A DNA stretch of 64,000 nt from positions 17,151 through 81,150 of the forward strand of contig CAWDVW010000003.1 in NCBI GenBank assembly GCA_963805855.1, read 5' to 3'. This document shows positions 1-9,686 of the stretch, piece after piece. The notes beneath the pieces were generated by a model, which had not been told where the DNA came from, ran no database searches, and was given only the letters and a program-made list of their open reading frames with translations. Position 1 is the first letter of the stretch. The number at the start of each line of letters is the position of its first letter. Origin of the DNA: Candidatus Dadabacteria bacterium. GTDB taxonomy: Bacteria > Desulfobacterota_D > UBA1144 > Nemesobacterales > CSP1-2. The position numbers and the translations under genes were made by a program.

Positions 1-352
1 CGATGAGAGCGGCTTCAATAATGACTAGCTTTACATTTTCTTTTTTATAATTATCAATTGTCTCTTTTAGTTTAGTCATTATCCTGGGGTGGGTGATTCG
101 ATTTAATTGCTCTCTCTTTTTGTCGTCATTAAAGATAATTTCCCCTAATTTTTTTCTATTAATCGATCCATCGGGGTTTAAGATATTGCCTCCAAATTCC
201 TCTACGACCTCTTGCCATGCAGCCTCGCCGGGCTCCACGACTTCCCTTGCAATCTTGTCGGCGTCGATTACTTTTGCCCCAAGTTCTTTAAAAATCTTTG
301 CCACCTCAGTTTTTCCAGATGCAATATTTCCAGTAAGCCCGATTATCTTCAT
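1..352 (-). CDS. coaE: Dephospho-CoA kinase, N-terminal part (runs off window start)
   Basis: Manual minus-strand translation from ATG at 352: MKIIGLTGNIASGKTEVAKIFKELGAKVIDADKIAREVVEPG, the CoaE P-loop and IDAD motif. Not in the ORF track because it is truncated. Confidence 0.93.
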   Translation of the reverse strand, partial: MKIIGLTGNIASGKTEVAKIFKELGAKVIDADKIAREVVEPGEAAWQEVVEEFGGNILNPDGSINRKKLGEIIFNDDKKREQLNRITHPRIMTKLKETIDNYKKENVKLVIIEAALI

Positions 353-639
353 CTCTGGGGTATTTTAATTTGTGCATGAACTTGTTTCAAATACGATGAT
401 TTGGCGTAAGTTAGACAGTGAAGCCTCAACATGTGAAGCGCTAGCCAATTGGAAATAGCACTTTGAGGTTGCGATTCTATTAATTTAGGCGAAGGTTCGA
501 TATGTATAATATGTTAGAATCGTAAGCATGGAGGTAACTTGAACCATAAAGAGTATTCCCGGCATTTTTAGGGTATCATTGCAGCTGTGCGGGTAAATAG
601 ATTTGGCCTAGAAGTCATGTTTGATTGGGAATAAAGTAT

Positions 640-1218
640 ATGAAAATCGCAATAATATCCGACATTCATGACAACGTCTGGAATTTGGGTCCGGCTTTGG
701 AAGCAATCGAGGACTCTGAAGCGCTTATCTGCTGTGGGGATCTGTGCTCCCCGTTCATAGTGGACCTGATGGCTGATGGCTTTCCAAATCAAATCCATAT
801 CATCTTTGGGAATAATGATGGCGATCAATATCGTATCGCCAACAACGCAATTAAATACGATGGGCGGGTACTGATTCATGGTGAATTCGCAGAGCTCAAG
901 CTGGATGGGAAGCGTTTTGCGGTTAATCATTATCCAAATATTGCAAGATCGATTGCCGAGTCGGGAGATTACGATTTGGTGTGCTATGGCCATAACCACA
1001 TTTATAGAGTTGAACATTTTAATAATACCCTTTTGATCAATCCTGGAGCTATTATGGGATATGACGGGGTGAACAAGAAAGAGATTTCCTCCACGTTTGT
1101 TGTATACGATACTCATACTGAAAATTGCAATGGTTACGAAGTTAGATACAAGGATGGTCCTCGGGACCAGGCGAAAATTGTAGTTGAGTTTGAGGGGAAA
1201 TCTTCGAATCAGCAGTAA
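640..1218 (+). CDS. Metallophosphoesterase, YfcE/MJ0936 family
   Basis: Motifs ISDIHDN, CGD, GNND, GHNH, INPG. ATG at 640 (MKIAII) preferred over TTG 625. Confidence 0.9.
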   Translation: MKIAIISDIHDNVWNLGPALEAIEDSEALICCGDLCSPFIVDLMADGFPNQIHIIFGNNDGDQYRIANNAIKYDGRVLIHGEFAELKLDGKRFAVNHYPNIARSIAESGDYDLVCYGHNHIYRVEHFNNTLLINPGAIMGYDGVNKKEISSTFVVYDTHTENCNGYEVRYKDGPRDQAKIVVEFEGKSSNQQ

Positions 1219-1335
1219 AGGGGGTGACGATGGTGGGTCGCAATACCAAACCAGCACTATCGGTATTCCTTTGAAACTTTGACTCTTCGATAAACTCAGA
1301 GTTCACGGTCGAAGCGCTGGGATGCTGCAATAGTG

Positions 1336-1358
1336 TCGCGGCTGGAAGCCGCTCCTAC
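1336..1358 (-). repeat. GTAG-type REP palindrome
   Basis: Minus strand GTAGGAGCGGCTTCCAGCCGCGA: GTAG foot plus GCGGCT/AGCCGC stem, the classic RAYT-associated REP layout. Confidence 0.7.
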
Positions 1359-1430
1359 TTAGGAGATATCCTATATGTTACATTTTTCGCGGAAAAATTC
1401 TTGCAGTTTATCGAATAGATTTATGTTCAT

Positions 1431-1626
1431 TGGCCCTTTTCAGAATTAGACGGACTTGGATGGCATTCCAAAAATTGCGTTAAGAAAATCAGGTACGGAG
1501 ACGTATAGAAAAATTTGCGGCTTGGGGTTGGATTAAATTTTTTAGTTGGAGTAGATGATTTTTAGCAAATTTTTGGTAAGCCTTGATTTTTGCTTCTTTG
1601 TATCAAGACAAAGAAGTTAGAAAGGA
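1431..1626 (+). repeat. Dispersed structured repeat, copy A
   Basis: Near-identical in reverse complement to 59949-60142. Terminal hairpin CTTCTTTGT-ATCAAG-ACAAAGAAG at 1593-1616. Confidence 0.9.
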
Positions 1627-1698
1627 AATGAACCTAACGCGTCTAAGAATTCTTTCCTCGACCTACGTGACACATACAGAGATGGCAGAGCCATAAGA

Positions 1699-3099
1699 CT
1701 ACCTCTTTGAAATAAGAGAAGCAGCTCTTTTTAGTCGCTCAATAACCTTGTCCTTCCCGAGTATTTCCATTACCTCAAAAATCCCTGGGCTTACGGTACC
1801 ACCAGTTAGTGCTACCCTGGCAGGTTGAGCTATGTTTACAAGCTTGAGCCCGCTTTCATCGATTATTTCTTGAAAAATCCTTTGCAATTCTTCAATAGTA
1901 AATTCATCCGGTTTGGATAGTTTATTGATGAGCTTTTCAAATATTGGCAGCGATTCAGGGGTCAGGAATTTATTCTTTGCCTTGTCTTCAAATTTTATTT
2001 CATCGATGAAGAAATAATCTGCCGAGTTGGCTATGTCTAGGAGTGTCTTTGCTCTTTCTCTGAGATTCTCGACTATCTTAATTAATTTTGAGTCCAGCTT
2101 TACCTGGAACCCCCTATCCTGAAGCATCGGGATTACTAGCTCTGCGATCTCAGCGACCGGTTTATTCCTTATGTACCAGGCGTTCAGCCAGATTAGCTTT
2201 TCCGGGTTAAATACTGCGGGAGATTTGCCGATATTTTCAAGGGTGAACTTTTCAATCAATTCGCCCTTAGAGAAGATCTCCTGATCCCCATATGACCAAC
2301 CTAAGCGTGCAAGATAGTTTACTAAGGCCTCCGGCAAGTACCCGCCTTCTCTGTACGCTATAACTGAGGTAGCGCCGTGCCTTTTACTGAGTTTTGCTTT
2401 ATCTGAACCTAGTATCGTGGATACATGGGCAATTTTCGGGACATCATAAGACAATGCTCTATATATTAAAACCTGCTTGGGGGTATTTGGCAGATGATCG
2501 TCTCCTCTGATTATATGAGAGACCTCCATTTCAGCATCATCAACTACTACCGCAAAGTTATATGTCGGGAACCCATCTGTCTTTTGGATTATAAAATCGT
2601 CTATTTCTTTAGCGTCGAAGATTATGGTCCCCCTTTTAAGGTCATCCACTTCTATTGAGCCCCAATCGGGCGTCGTGAGTCGAATGGCATAGGGTTTGTT
2701 TTCAGGATGGGATCTTAGTTTTCTACAAGTGCCTTCATATCTATAAATCCTTCCCTGCTTTAGCGCTTCTTTTCTTCTTGCCTCAATTTCTTCAGCGGTA
2801 CAGTAGCATCTATATGCTTTTTCATTCTCTATCAGTTTCTGAGCGTGGTTTTGATAGATAGCAATCCTTTCCGACTGTCTGTACGGGCCCTCATCCCATT
2901 CTAAACCGAGCCATGACATAGCATCTATTATCTCTCTAATGGATTCTTCCGTTGAACGGCTGCGGTCGGTGTCCTCTATCCTGAGAATATATTTACCCCC
3001 GAAGTGCCTTGCAAATAGCCAGTTGAATATTGCTGTTCTGGCGCCCCCAATATGCAGGGAGCCAGTGGGGCTTGGCGCAAATCTGGTTCTAACTTTCAT
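1699..3099 (-). CDS. gltX: Glutamate--tRNA ligase
   Basis: RFAPSPTG, HIGG, LRIEDTD and KLSKRHG class I motifs; 466 aa. Confidence 0.97.
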   Translation of the reverse strand: MKVRTRFAPSPTGSLHIGGARTAIFNWLFARHFGGKYILRIEDTDRSRSTEESIREIIDAMSWLGLEWDEGPYRQSERIAIYQNHAQKLIENEKAYRCYCTAEEIEARRKEALKQGRIYRYEGTCRKLRSHPENKPYAIRLTTPDWGSIEVDDLKRGTIIFDAKEIDDFIIQKTDGFPTYNFAVVVDDAEMEVSHIIRGDDHLPNTPKQVLIYRALSYDVPKIAHVSTILGSDKAKLSKRHGATSVIAYREGGYLPEALVNYLARLGWSYGDQEIFSKGELIEKFTLENIGKSPAVFNPEKLIWLNAWYIRNKPVAEIAELVIPMLQDRGFQVKLDSKLIKIVENLRERAKTLLDIANSADYFFIDEIKFEDKAKNKFLTPESLPIFEKLINKLSKPDEFTIEELQRIFQEIIDESGLKLVNIAQPARVALTGGTVSPGIFEVMEILGKDKVIERLKRAASLISKR

Positions 3100-3201
3100 G
3101 GGCTTTAGGGTAAATTAGAGTTTATGATGAGTCAAAATATCTGATTGTATGTCTGGGATTTTAATACCATGGTAGAGACGACCCTTCCGGGTGTCCTTAA
3201 G

Positions 3202-3468
3202 TTATTTCTCGCTTACATGATTGAGGATTTTATCCAGTTTACTTGTCCTCTCAAGTGCAGCGAGTTGATCGTATCCGCCAATAACCTTATCGTCTATTAT
3301 GATGATCGGTACCGTCCTCCAACTGAACTCTTCCATCATTCTCCTTTTTAATTCGGGGTCATGCGTAACGTCGATTTTTTTGTAGTCAACCTTCTTTTTG
3401 TCGAGCAGAGCCTCCGCCGCACGACAATATGGACAGTAAGTAGTTGTGTAAACTTCAACCTTGCTCAA
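3202..3468 (-). CDS. grxC: Dithiol glutaredoxin (Grx3-like)
   Basis: CPYC active site, TVP, IGGYD; 88 aa. Confidence 0.88.
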   Translation of the reverse strand: MSKVEVYTTTYCPYCRAAEALLDKKKVDYKKIDVTHDPELKRRMMEEFSWRTVPIIIIDDKVIGGYDQLAALERTSKLDKILNHVSEK

Positions 3469-3607
3469 TGTATAATCATCCTGCTGTATCCGTTTTTAAG
3501 TTAATATGATGCTTGGTTTTTAAATGAGTTTCAAGTATTATTCAAAGTCACTTATAAACAGGTTACATATTTTAAAAATAAATCAAAAGAAGTCATAATC
3601 CACTCTG

Positions 3608-4231
3608 ATGGTTAGATTTTTCCCAAGAGAAGAGAAGTTTTTTGATTACTTTAACGAGGCTTCCGAGAAAATCCTTGCGGGCATAAAACTTTTTAAGGAA
3701 ATGATGCAAGATCTATCGACTGCAGCCGACCAGACGAAGAAGATAAAGGAAGTTGAACATGAAGCTGACCGTATAACCCATGAGACGATTTCCAAATTGC
3801 ATCAAACATTTATAACACCTATTGATCGTGAATTTATACATTCCCTAATAAGCAGGATGGATGATATTCTTGACCTTATTTATGCTGCATCGGAAAGGGT
3901 CTTCTTATATAAAATAACGACATCAACTGCCCATGCGCTCTCCTTAATCGATACACTGGAACGGGCCATCATAGAAGTGGCAAAGGGAGTAGAAGGGCTC
4001 CGTGACCTGAAGAACTCTAAATCGATTCTTAACATCTGTATCGAGATCCATAGCCTTGAAAATGAGGGTGACAGGATCTTTAGAATTGCCCTGTCAGACC
4101 TGTTTAATTCTAATTTTGGTCCCACTGAGATAATTAAGTGGAAGGATATCTACGAGACGTTTGAAGAAGCGATTGACAAGTGTGAGGATGTGGCAAACAT
4201 CTTGGAAGGAATAGTCCTCGGGAATGCATGA
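3608..4231 (+). CDS. DUF47 / PhoU-like phosphate transport regulator
   Basis: EHEAD, TFITPIDRE, LENEGD, DKCEDVA motifs; overlaps the start of a Pit transporter. Confidence 0.92.
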   Translation: MVRFFPREEKFFDYFNEASEKILAGIKLFKEMMQDLSTAADQTKKIKEVEHEADRITHETISKLHQTFITPIDREFIHSLISRMDDILDLIYAASERVFLYKITTSTAHALSLIDTLERAIIEVAKGVEGLRDLKNSKSILNICIEIHSLENEGDRIFRIALSDLFNSNFGPTEIIKWKDIYETFEEAIDKCEDVANILEGIVLGNA

Positions 4232-5216
4232 TACCCTCTTATTGACGGTCGTAGTAATAGTAATAGCGCTTTTATTCGATTTTACCAATGGCTGGAACGA
4301 TGCTGCAAATTCAATAGCAACTGTGGTGTCAACAAGGGTTCTTTCTCCCCTCCAGGCAGTTCTCTTCGGTGCTACCTTAAATTTCGTTGGTGCTTATCTA
4401 AGCACAAAAGTCGCCAAGACAATCGGTGGAGATATCACCGATCCCAAAACCATAACTCAGACGGTAATTCTCTCGGCGATGATAACTGCTTCCGGCTGGA
4501 CGGCGATTATGACTCGTCTGGGGCTTCCCATAAGCGCGTCACATGCTTTAATAGGTGGAATAATTGGGGCTACAATCTCATTTAAAGGTATTGCAGCCCT
4601 TAATATAGCCGGGGTAACGAAAATACTAATTGCGCTCGTTGTGTCCCCAATCTTTGGTTTTGGAATTGGGTTCCTATTAATGTTCCTTATCGTCTTGTTA
4701 TTTCATCGCTTTTCGCCATCATCAATTAACAGGGCTTTCGGAAAACTTCAGATTCTTTCCGCTGGTTTCATGGCTATCAGTCATGGCACCAATGACGCTC
4801 AGAAGGCAATGGGAGTGATCACAATGACCCTTGTCAGCGCAGGCTACCTCGATACTGTAGAGGTTCCAATCTGGGTAATTAGTGCTTCTGCAATCGTCAT
4901 GGGACTCGGTACCGCATTTGGTGGATGGAAAGTTATTAAAACGCTTGGTGTAAATCTTCTCAAGATTAAACCGGTTCAGGGATTTGCTGCCGAGACCTCC
5001 GCATCTGTAGTGATTCTGGGTGCGGCGTCGCTGGGTGTCCCCGTAAGTACGACACATGTGATTGCATCTGCGATTATGGGAGTTGGATCGACAACGAGAT
5101 TTTCAGCCGTCAGATGGGGGATAGCGAGGGATATTGTTATCGCGTGGATTTTTACACTGCCAGTCTGTGCCTTAGTTGCAGGTATACTTTTTCAGTTAAT
5201 CAATGTAATTTCTTAG
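4224..5216 (+). CDS. Inorganic phosphate transporter, PiT family
   Basis: NGWNDAANSIAT, PISASH, HGTNDAQK, PVSTTH signature motifs. Confidence 0.95.
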   Translation: MHDTLLLTVVVIVIALLFDFTNGWNDAANSIATVVSTRVLSPLQAVLFGATLNFVGAYLSTKVAKTIGGDITDPKTITQTVILSAMITASGWTAIMTRLGLPISASHALIGGIIGATISFKGIAALNIAGVTKILIALVVSPIFGFGIGFLLMFLIVLLFHRFSPSSINRAFGKLQILSAGFMAISHGTNDAQKAMGVITMTLVSAGYLDTVEVPIWVISASAIVMGLGTAFGGWKVIKTLGVNLLKIKPVQGFAAETSASVVILGAASLGVPVSTTHVIASAIMGVGSTTRFSAVRWGIARDIVIAWIFTLPVCALVAGILFQLINVIS

Positions 5217-5276
5217 ATATAAGTCAATCGGGAGTTCAGAAAGATAACAACTTGTCAATTTATCAGTAAGCAGTTC

Positions 5277-5810
5277 GTGATATTTATAACTTTTATTATT
5301 TTGCTTAATTCCTGCTCGATAGCGAAATTTGCAAAGTACTATGCCGGGGCCGAATCCTATTCTTCTTCCGGTAGTCTCCATGGATTGTATTATGAGAAAG
5401 AGGATACCGCCTATATAATTGGCAGCTTACCGGACACGTGGAAAAAATTAGCGATAAAGGGCGGTGACTTGGCATTTTTGAATCCCGAGGACAATTCTAC
5501 AGTTACGGTGAATTCGACGTGCGACAAGAATAAGATCAAATACAATCTAAAGGCGCTTTCTAACACTCTTTTAATCGGGATAGATGATAAGAAGTTGATA
5601 GAAAGCAGTGAGCGGACGGTAAGCGGTGAGGTTTCTCTTCAAAGAATATATGAAGGCAATTTATCCGGTGTCCCTATAAAAATCAGCACTGTCGTAGTAA
5701 AAAAGGGTGACTGTATTTATGACATGTCATATTCATCGGCACGGGATAATTTTGACAATTGGTTTGGAGAATTCAACGAATTCGTTTCACGATTTAAAAT
5801 AATGAGCTGA
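5277..5810 (+). CDS. Putative lipoprotein
   Basis: Hydrophobic N-terminus with lipobox-like LNSC; 5 bp upstream of mlaE. Confidence 0.6.
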   Translation: MIFITFIILLNSCSIAKFAKYYAGAESYSSSGSLHGLYYEKEDTAYIIGSLPDTWKKLAIKGGDLAFLNPEDNSTVTVNSTCDKNKIKYNLKALSNTLLIGIDDKKLIESSERTVSGEVSLQRIYEGNLSGVPIKISTVVVKKGDCIYDMSYSSARDNFDNWFGEFNEFVSRFKIMS

Positions 5811-5815
5811 TTTAA

Positions 5816-6592
5816 ATGAAAGAATTTATATTAAATCTTGGCGGCTACTTTCTTTCAATACTTGAAAGTGTTGGAGATGTTGTAATCCTGTTTTACAGAA
5901 CATTATACGCAAGTATTAGGCCTCCGTTTGATTTCCGGCTTGTGGTACAAGAGTTGGATGACATCGGATTTAAGTCAATTCCCATAGTAGTGGTCTCGTC
6001 TATAGCAATAGGAATGGTTATGGTTGTCCAGCTCGCTTGGGGATTCGCATTCTTTGGCGCTAAAGGGGTGATTGGGCCGATTGTCACTCTTGCATTCGTG
6101 AGGGAATTGGGCCCCGTACTAGCGTCTCTTTTGGTAGCAGGTAGGGTAGGTTCGGGGATCACGGCTGAAATTGGGTCTATGCAGGTAACCGAGCAGATTG
6201 ATGCCATTAGATCATTGGGTGCCGATCCGATAAAGAAGCTGGTAGTACCAAGATTTATTGCCGCATTGGTCTCGTTTCCGTTTCTTGCAGTAATCGCCGA
6301 CCTCTCTGGCATGATCGGCGCAATGATCATGGCCGATATCGAGCTGGGAGTTAAGCCGAGGCTGTTTCTGTCGAGCATGGAAGGTTTTGTAACCCTGACC
6401 GACTTTTTCAGCGGGATTTTGAAAACCGTGTTTTTTGGAATTTTCGTTTCGATAATTGGTTGCTACGTGGGAATTAATACTGAGGGTGGCACTGAGGGTG
6501 TGGGGAGAGCTACGACTTTAACTGTGGTTATTTCGATGGTGCTCATTATAGTTGGGGATTTTTTCCTCACAAAGCTGTTTTTGATTCTGTAA
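5816..6592 (+). CDS. mlaE: MlaE-family ABC permease
   Basis: RELGPVL, GRVGSGITAEIGSMQVTEQIDA, LVVPR, GVGRATT motifs. Confidence 0.92.
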   Translation: MKEFILNLGGYFLSILESVGDVVILFYRTLYASIRPPFDFRLVVQELDDIGFKSIPIVVVSSIAIGMVMVVQLAWGFAFFGAKGVIGPIVTLAFVRELGPVLASLLVAGRVGSGITAEIGSMQVTEQIDAIRSLGADPIKKLVVPRFIAALVSFPFLAVIADLSGMIGAMIMADIELGVKPRLFLSSMEGFVTLTDFFSGILKTVFFGIFVSIIGCYVGINTEGGTEGVGRATTLTVVISMVLIIVGDFFLTKLFLIL

Positions 6593-6756
6593 TCGTTTTT
6601 CAGTTGAATGCGATGGATTGTATCGTCATTAAACCGTAATTTCGTTCCAGTCGGCGAGATTGCTTTCCTGGGAAATAACATTTGTAAAATTCTCCCAAGC
6701 AACTTTAGCCTCATTTGACAAAGGGTGTTAAATCAAGAAAATTAGCTTGACGTTTG

Positions 6757-8364
6757 ATGCCGAATTTATTAAAAAACCAACCGGGTGAGCCTTATTTCCA
6801 GGCCGCGTCGGGAACAGATTCTTACCCTAAAGATTTAGGTCCCTGGATTCTAGTTGCGACAATTCTGGGCACCAGCATGGCCTTTATCGATGGAACAGCT
6901 ATCAATGTTGCTCTTCCCGTTATACAAAATGAGCTTAGTGCTACATTTGCTGGTGTTCAGTGGATGGTTGAGGCATACGCGCTTTTTATTGCGTCATTTA
7001 TCTTGATTGGAGGAACCCTGGGCGATTACTTCGGTCGTCGCCGTATTTTTGCGATTGGAGTTGTGATATTTACCCTATCGTCAATCTGGTGTGGCTTTGC
7101 GCCTAATTCGGCACAACTGATTTTGGCGAGGGCTATTCAAGGAGTCGGTGGGGCACTTCTGGTGCCAGGAAGCCTTTCTATAATCAATTCCTCGTTCAGC
7201 GGCGGATTGAGAGGAAGGGCCATCGGCACGTGGTCCGGTTTCACTGCGATTACGGCCGGGATGGGCCCTCTTTTGGGTGGATGGTTGGTCGAGAATATTT
7301 CGTGGCGCTGGGTCTTTTTTATAAATGTCCCTATTGCGTGCGTTGTTTTGATAGTCTTATTTTCTAAGGTTCCCGAGACACGTAATGATGATGATACATT
7401 AAAACTAGACTGGATTGGTGCAGTCTTGACCACGGTCGGTTTTGGAGGGATTGTCTATGGACTTATCGAGTCTTCGATTCTGGGTTTCGGTAACCCCTTC
7501 GTCATTGCTGCTTTGGTGATCGGTACAGTTTGTTTGACCCTATTCGTAACTGTCGAGCGGTACAGCAAATCCCCTATGATGACTCTTCAACTGTTTCGAT
7601 CCCGTTCGTTCAGTGCAGCAAATGTAATTACATTTTTAATGTATGCGACCATGGGCGGGGCGCTATTCTTCGTACCATTCAATCTTATTCAGGTGCAGGG
7701 ATACACGGCGACCGGCGCAGGAGCTGCGTGGATTCCTTTTGTATTATTAATATTTTTACTGTCCAGGTGGGCCGGTGGTCTGGCCGGTAAACATGGTGGA
7801 AGAATACCGCTAGCAATAGGCGGTACGATCATTGCCATAGGGTATGTGCTCTTCGCATTACCCGGAATAGGCGGTAGTTATTGGTCAACGTATTTTCCCG
7901 CAATCTTCGTCTTGGGATTGGGCGCCGGTTTTAGTGCCGCCCCACTGTCTACAGTTGTGATGGAATCAGTTGATGTAAGACAGTCCGGACTCGCATCGGG
8001 TATTAACAATGCCGTTTCAAGAATTTCAGGACTGCTTTCAATTGCAGTACTCGGGATATTTGCCCTTCAGTCATTCAACAAGGGACTCGATACAAGGATT
8101 GTCGGCATCGGCATGACTCCCGATGCGATTGAGTATCTCGATACACAGAGAATCAAGCTTGCGGCGGCCGAGGTGCCTCCGGGGCTTTCCGCTAAATCGA
8201 GTCTAGCATTAAAAAGGGCCATTGCAGAGTCTTTTGTCGACGCATTTCGTGTTATTATGCTTATTTCGACCGGCCTTGCGATGGCGGCGGTTCTCACTGT
8301 CTTGATTTTTATTGATGGAGGTATTCGGGAACAGAAAATAGTGACCAATGACCCTTACCTGTAG
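6757..8364 (+). CDS. MFS transporter, DHA2/EmrB-like
   Basis: AFIDGTAINVALP, GTLGDYFGRRRIF, WRWVFFINVP, ASGINNA motifs. Confidence 0.92.
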   Translation: MPNLLKNQPGEPYFQAASGTDSYPKDLGPWILVATILGTSMAFIDGTAINVALPVIQNELSATFAGVQWMVEAYALFIASFILIGGTLGDYFGRRRIFAIGVVIFTLSSIWCGFAPNSAQLILARAIQGVGGALLVPGSLSIINSSFSGGLRGRAIGTWSGFTAITAGMGPLLGGWLVENISWRWVFFINVPIACVVLIVLFSKVPETRNDDDTLKLDWIGAVLTTVGFGGIVYGLIESSILGFGNPFVIAALVIGTVCLTLFVTVERYSKSPMMTLQLFRSRSFSAANVITFLMYATMGGALFFVPFNLIQVQGYTATGAGAAWIPFVLLIFLLSRWAGGLAGKHGGRIPLAIGGTIIAIGYVLFALPGIGGSYWSTYFPAIFVLGLGAGFSAAPLSTVVMESVDVRQSGLASGINNAVSRISGLLSIAVLGIFALQSFNKGLDTRIVGIGMTPDAIEYLDTQRIKLAAAEVPPGLSAKSSLALKRAIAESFVDAFRVIMLISTGLAMAAVLTVLIFIDGGIREQKIVTNDPYL

Positions 8365-8480
8365 TGATTTCAAATTACTAACGGATGGGAATGGTTAGTT
8401 TGAGCGCGACGTTGTGCTTGGATATTTAAAGAAGAGTATGTCTATAATGATGTGAGAGATCCTCAGAGGAGGTGTTTTAT

Positions 8481-8921
8481 ATGCTCAATAAATTCTTCGA
8501 AACGAGGGACGATGTTGGTTTGCTTATTGCGAGACTGGCTTTAGGAATAGTAATCCTGCCGCATGGTTTACAGAAGACTTTAGGCTTGCTTGGGGGAGCC
8601 GGGTTCTCTGGTACGATGGGATTTTTCACCCAACAAGGGTTGCCCTCCACTATTGCATTTCTTGTCATAATGGCTGAGTCGTTTGGCGCGCTGGGACTTA
8701 TAATAGGTTTTTTGAGCAGGCTCGGGGCGTTTGGGATAGGTTTGAATATGCTCGGCGCTATTTTTATGGTGCATTTATCCAATGGATTCTTCATGAACTG
8801 GTTTGGCACAAAACAGGGCGAAGGTTTTGAATATCATATACTGGCAATTGGACTGTGTTTGGTTGTATTGATTGGTGGAGGGGGCAAATGGTCAGTGGAT
8901 AGGCTATTGGTCAAGGAATGA
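8481..8921 (+). CDS. DoxX family membrane protein
   Basis: RLALG..PHGLQK, GFFMNW, GEGFEYH, GGGKWSVD. GAGGAGG SD precedes ATG 8481. Confidence 0.9.
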   Translation: MLNKFFETRDDVGLLIARLALGIVILPHGLQKTLGLLGGAGFSGTMGFFTQQGLPSTIAFLVIMAESFGALGLIIGFLSRLGAFGIGLNMLGAIFMVHLSNGFFMNWFGTKQGEGFEYHILAIGLCLVVLIGGGGKWSVDRLLVKE

Positions 8922-9229
8922 GATTGCTGTATATCGGTGTTTGTGTCCTGCTCGTCGATGTGGTTGTATTCGACGATGCGTTACTGATCGTTCGGTCTAG
9001 TTCGGGCCGAAATGCTGAGTTAAACCCTAGTGAAGAAATCTCCTAGCGATGGGTTAAGCGCGCATCCCTTCGCACGGTCCGGTGCCGGCTTCGATAGATT
9101 GCCACGAATGACGGAGCCGACACTGAATGCATGCGAAGTGTCAGTTGCGAAAATGCCGATATAACATAAGTTGTGGGTAATATTCTAGTTTTAACGTACT
9201 TTGTTCCAAACCTTTTCCAAGGGGGACCG

Positions 9230-9430
9230 TTTAAATGGGCATTCAAAAAATTTCCAAAATCAATTCCGAAAGCGTTAAAAAAAGTGACAATCATTAACGT
9301 CATCTCGAAGGAACAGAGTGACTGAGAGAACTAATCAACAATAGAAATAGATATCTCGCACTTGCTCGATACGCAAGCGTTTTTTGACAGCCCTTGATTT
9401 TTGTTACTTTGTATCAAGACAAAGTAAATA
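9230..9430 (+). repeat. Dispersed structured repeat, copy B (centre replaced by REP-like sequence)
   Basis: Both ends match the reverse complement of 13193-13360. Hairpin TTACTTTGT-ATCAAG-ACAAAGTAA. Confidence 0.82.
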
Positions 9431-9686
9431 TTGGAAAGCTTATGTTCAATTTGAAATAAATGCTTATGGATTCTAGCCACGGAATATCTAACATCTGCAG
9501 CAATGAGATGCTTATTTGCTCCTGTTTAAAGCCGATCCCAATGACAGAGCAAGGGTCGCATTGACCGCAGTGAACTTCATTAATCCCTTTATTTGGATTA
9601 TAATTTCCCCAATTTTCAAGATGCGTCGGTAACTCCTATCAAATCATACCTATAGATCGGGTGTAGATTCATTGAGAGGGAAGTTG

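Noticed and set aside
93-1330. ORFs 93-368 (+), 568-1257 (-) and 1142-1330 (-)
   Set aside because: Antisense shadows of coaE and the phosphoesterase. The same applies to the many short antisense or alternate-frame ORFs inside pit, mlaE, MFS, sigma, the RHS gene, argH and treT.
9043-9303. 86-aa ORF
   Set aside because: Starts inside repeat copy B and crosses REP-like fragments; no protein-like features.
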